Shown in pieces: positions 60,922 to 64,000 of a stretch of DNA of 64,000 nucleotides. Below the pieces are notes generated by a model, which saw nothing but the letters and a program-made list of their open reading frames with translations, was not told the origin of the DNA and did not search any database. Within the stretch, counting starts at the first letter, position 1. Each line of letters starts with the position of its first letter. Source of the stretch: Felis catus (taxonomy: Eukaryota); contig NC_058373.1 of assembly GCF_018350175.1 (NCBI RefSeq), positions 13,208,001 through 13,272,000 of the forward strand, written 5' to 3'. Both the position numbers and the translations under genes were made by a program.

Positions 60922-61615
60922 GTAAGGCCTTTCAAATAATTGAATCAGGCCCACCAAGATTATCTATTACAGCTCGAAGACAGATTTTCTAGGATTATCT
61001 CCTTTGCTTCAAGTGAACAGATTATGGGATTTAATGACATTGACAAAATAACTTCACAGCAACACAGATTTTAGTGTAAACAAATAAATGAAAGCTATTG
61101 TCTAATCAAATTGACACATAGAAAAAGACCATCACAGTCCACCCCTTATCAACCTGGCATCCATACACATCTCTTTAAACCATATTTAAAATCCAAACAT
61201 TCATTCCTGAAGGGTTTGAGCTATTTGCAATCCTACCTCACTGGGTTGTGGTAGTTTTCCACTGACTTCAATCATAGAATGTGGTAGTAATAAGAGATAA
61301 CCCTAAGGGATCTCCCTTATTCCAGACATATTCTTACATCCATTTTGTAACTCATTTACACTTGTAATCAGGAACAATCCTGCTAGCCAATACAGTAGCC
61401 TCCTTATTTGTCTATTGATCGAGACCCTTGAATTGCCCAGTGGCTGGGTGACATCTTGATTATACTGGACTGCTTATATCATAGATGGAACAGCACTATG
61501 TTCTTATTGGCCATAGATAATTAACTCTACATATAGATCTGTCTTTCCTGTGTGCCTTACTCTTGTCAAACTACCATCTGTGGGCTTACAGAATACGTAT
61601 TGTCCTTTGTTTTAC
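60922..61615. mobile_element. MLT2 LTR end and ERVL internal fragments
   Basis: Antisense LTR ending ccatcaca, then gtccaccccttatcaacctggca. A later sense integrase remnant reads DYTGLL...VLIG-ID...VFP...TTICGLTE. Confidence 0.7.
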
Positions 61616-62994
61616 TTGGCATCCTTACTCTTGGGATTAAGACCCAAGCAATGGTCTCTCACTGAGACAGCAAAGACTCGGAGAGGAATACTTCGCAATC
61701 AGTTGTTGGACAAATCAGTTGCATGTTACTTGGATAGGTCAAAAGATGTGCAGAGAATCAATATATAGAATGTTTGAATCATGGGACTAGATGACAGAGA
61801 GAGAGAGAGAAAAGTAATAGAGAGCTCCCCCTGCCCCCTCCCCCACAACCCTTGAAGGGAGATATAACAGAGAGAAAAGAAACAACCAGAGAGATTAAGA
61901 AGTAGTTACCACTGACCTGAGGGGCTAAAAATATGTATCTTTCTGAAGACTAACTCACTTTAAGTATTTTGAATTTTGTAGTGTTTCACAAAGAGAATCA
62001 TGCCTTCTGCTGGTCTGCCATGCAAACAAATGTGGGAATCATGGTAGAAAATTTTGTGCTACAAACCAAGTATTTATTGATCTCTGCTACAAAGAAATGA
62101 AAGAATAATGAGGGCTTAGGATAACTCATTCATTCATTCAATAAGAGGTTTTTCAGAAAATAATACATAAGTGACATTAATTTAGGCATGACGAACACAA
62201 AATTTAATAAAATTTGCTTCCTCGCTAAAGGTAATTAAGAAACGTTTTGGTGAAAATATAAGACCTGACTCAGCATTTTATTTCGATGGGGATCCAGGAG
62301 AAGACTGAGAACTCTCAGATTTGGATTTAAACATCTCATCACAGGGTTTAACAATGCTCAGTGAATATGAATTTGGGAGAATTAAGGGAAAAAAAGACCA
62401 GCTCAGTTAACTCCTGGGATATTTTGAAACATTTCACTTCTCCTAGAATTGAGACACTTTTTTTTTATCACCATTTTGCACTTTCCCAGGGAGGGTATGA
62501 ACCAGCTGCCTATTGAGCAAAAATATTACCATCCAATTAATATTTTGGAAGCAATGACAGACTATTCTAACCTCCTGGCTCAGCAGTCTGTTCTGAGAGT
62601 CTGATCATACAGGAAGTGAGATAAACGTGGGGCCAGTCAGTTCATCAGGCCCTCACCACAAAGAGCAGAGGCCACGTACTGAAGTCTGTGAATCACAGAA
62701 GGCTGCAGCAGGGGATTTTGCATTTGAATTATGAATATTTAAATAGGCTTATTAAAACTGTGTCCACAGAGAGCAAAAATGCATTTGCTTTTAAAACAGT
62801 TAAAAATATAAGATGTAGTGCAGAATAGTTTCTAACTCATGGAATTTGGAGGCAGAAGACACAGAGTGGATCCCTATCTCCAGCACCTCCCAGCTATGTG
62901 GCATGGGGAAATGAATTTGACCTCTATAGGTTTTACCCAACACTCCACTTCACTTATTCTCCTTCATTTAGTAACAACAGCAACAACAACAACA

Positions 62995-63225
62995 ACAAAA
63001 GGAGCATGGTCTTTAGAGCCACTCTGTCTAGATTTGAATCCTGGCTCCATGATTTCATAACTGTGCATGTTATTTAATCTCTCCGTGCCTCAGTTTACCT
63101 ATCCATAAATGGTAATGATGCCAGTAGCTATGGCAAGGCCTTTTTGTAAGATTACATAAGTTAATTCATATAATATGTTTAGAACAGTGTCAAGGACATA
63201 ATAAGCAAAAAACAAATGTCAGCTC
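62995..63225 (+). mobile_element. MIR
   Basis: tttgaatcctggctcc...ttatttaatctctccgtgcctcagtttacctatc...agaacagtgtc. Confidence 0.85.
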
Positions 63226-63550
63226 TGACGGGAAATACTGTGTCATTAGTGTATGCTAGGTCTGTGCTTGGTGATCAGACGAATTAGTGAACACGATGGA
63301 CAGTCTTTGCCCCCCGTAGAGACAATTAGACACACAATGACAAAAGAGGGGCTATGAACATTTAGTATGGAGACTGCAATGTTAAAGAAGCTCCTAAATT
63401 AGTGTTAAGGGGTCATGGAATGCATTCAAAGAGAAGTGAAGTTTAAGCTGAGGCATGATAGATAGATAGGAATTAGCCAAGAACAAAAAGGGGAAGGATA
63501 TTAGAGAGAAAGAAAATATGAATATGGGTGGGAAGTATGGAGGATGGACA

Positions 63551-63691
63551 GAGAGAGAGAGAGGAAGGAAGGAAGGAAGGAAGGAAGGAAGGAGGAAAGG
63601 AAGGAAGGAAGGAAAGAAAGAGGAGAGAAAAAAAGAAAGAAATGAGAAAGAAAGAGAAAGAAACAAGGGAAAAAGAAAGGAAGAAAGAAAA
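63551..63691 (+). repeat. (GGAA)n / GA-rich microsatellite in L2 debris
   Basis: Read directly from the sequence. Confidence 0.92.
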
Positions 63692-63834
63692 GTCACATGT
63701 CAAGTTGTAACAGGGAAAGGCTTAGAATGAAGTTTGAAAGGCCAGGTCACAATTCACCTCGAAAAACGTATTAAGGAGTTTGAACTTTATTTTACAGACA
63801 TCAGAGAGCTCAGGAAGGAATGATGATATTCCAT

Positions 63835-64000
63835 TTTTTTTAGTTTATTTATTTATTTTGAGAGAGAAAGACAGAGAGAGAGAGAGACAGAGAGAGAGAG
63901 CGAATCGATAGCAGGCCATGTGCTGTCAATGCAGAGCCTGATGCAGGGCTCAATCTCACAACCCTGGGATCATGGCCTCAGCTGAAATCAAGAGTTGGAC
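63835..64000 (-). mobile_element. Can-SINE cut by the window end
   Basis: Antisense tail, (GA)n and body. Confidence 0.93.

Noticed and set aside
63394..63730. Low-complexity ORFs over (GGAA)n
   Set aside because: Microsatellite translation artefacts. The same applies to ORFs over (TG)n at 56.5-57.0 kb.

Overview
Mammalian genomic DNA from a felid (about 42 tRNA-derived Can-SINEs, many of the young cat SINEC_Fc type). The first ~25 kb holds the last four coding exons of MCTP2 (multiple C2 and transmembrane domain protein 2) on the + strand: 6676-6785, 14576-14685, 20546-20643 and 22842-22910 (stop). All splice sites are GT-AG and the phases join into one frame, [10 protein letters not shown]...[17 protein letters not shown]...[19 protein letters not shown]...PSDVQK/VQYAELRPCSSHSPLRKKRSAV*. 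The 3' UTR follows. The remaining ~38 kb is non-coding and rich in transposon fossils (L1, L2, MIR, MLT1/MLT2/ERVL, a carnivore solo LTR, and hAT and Tigger DNA transposons). There are no prokaryotic features, and I cannot support a new protein-coding system: the other ORFs in the track are repeat-derived or chance. The most notable structures are (i) a head-to-head SINE pair with a 181-bp perfectly identical inverted block, next to AT palindromes; (ii) a nested opposite-orientation SINE pair just past the proximal MCTP2 poly(A) signals; (iii) a competing splice donor predicted to give an NMD isoform; (iv) a four-level nested insertion containing a templated copy of nearby DNA; (v) a near full-length hAT/Blackjack transposase fossil; and (vi) a TATA/ETS promoter-like module with splice sites near 57.2-57.7 kb. 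Repeat family names come from recalled consensus sequences, and the boundaries of old elements are approximate.
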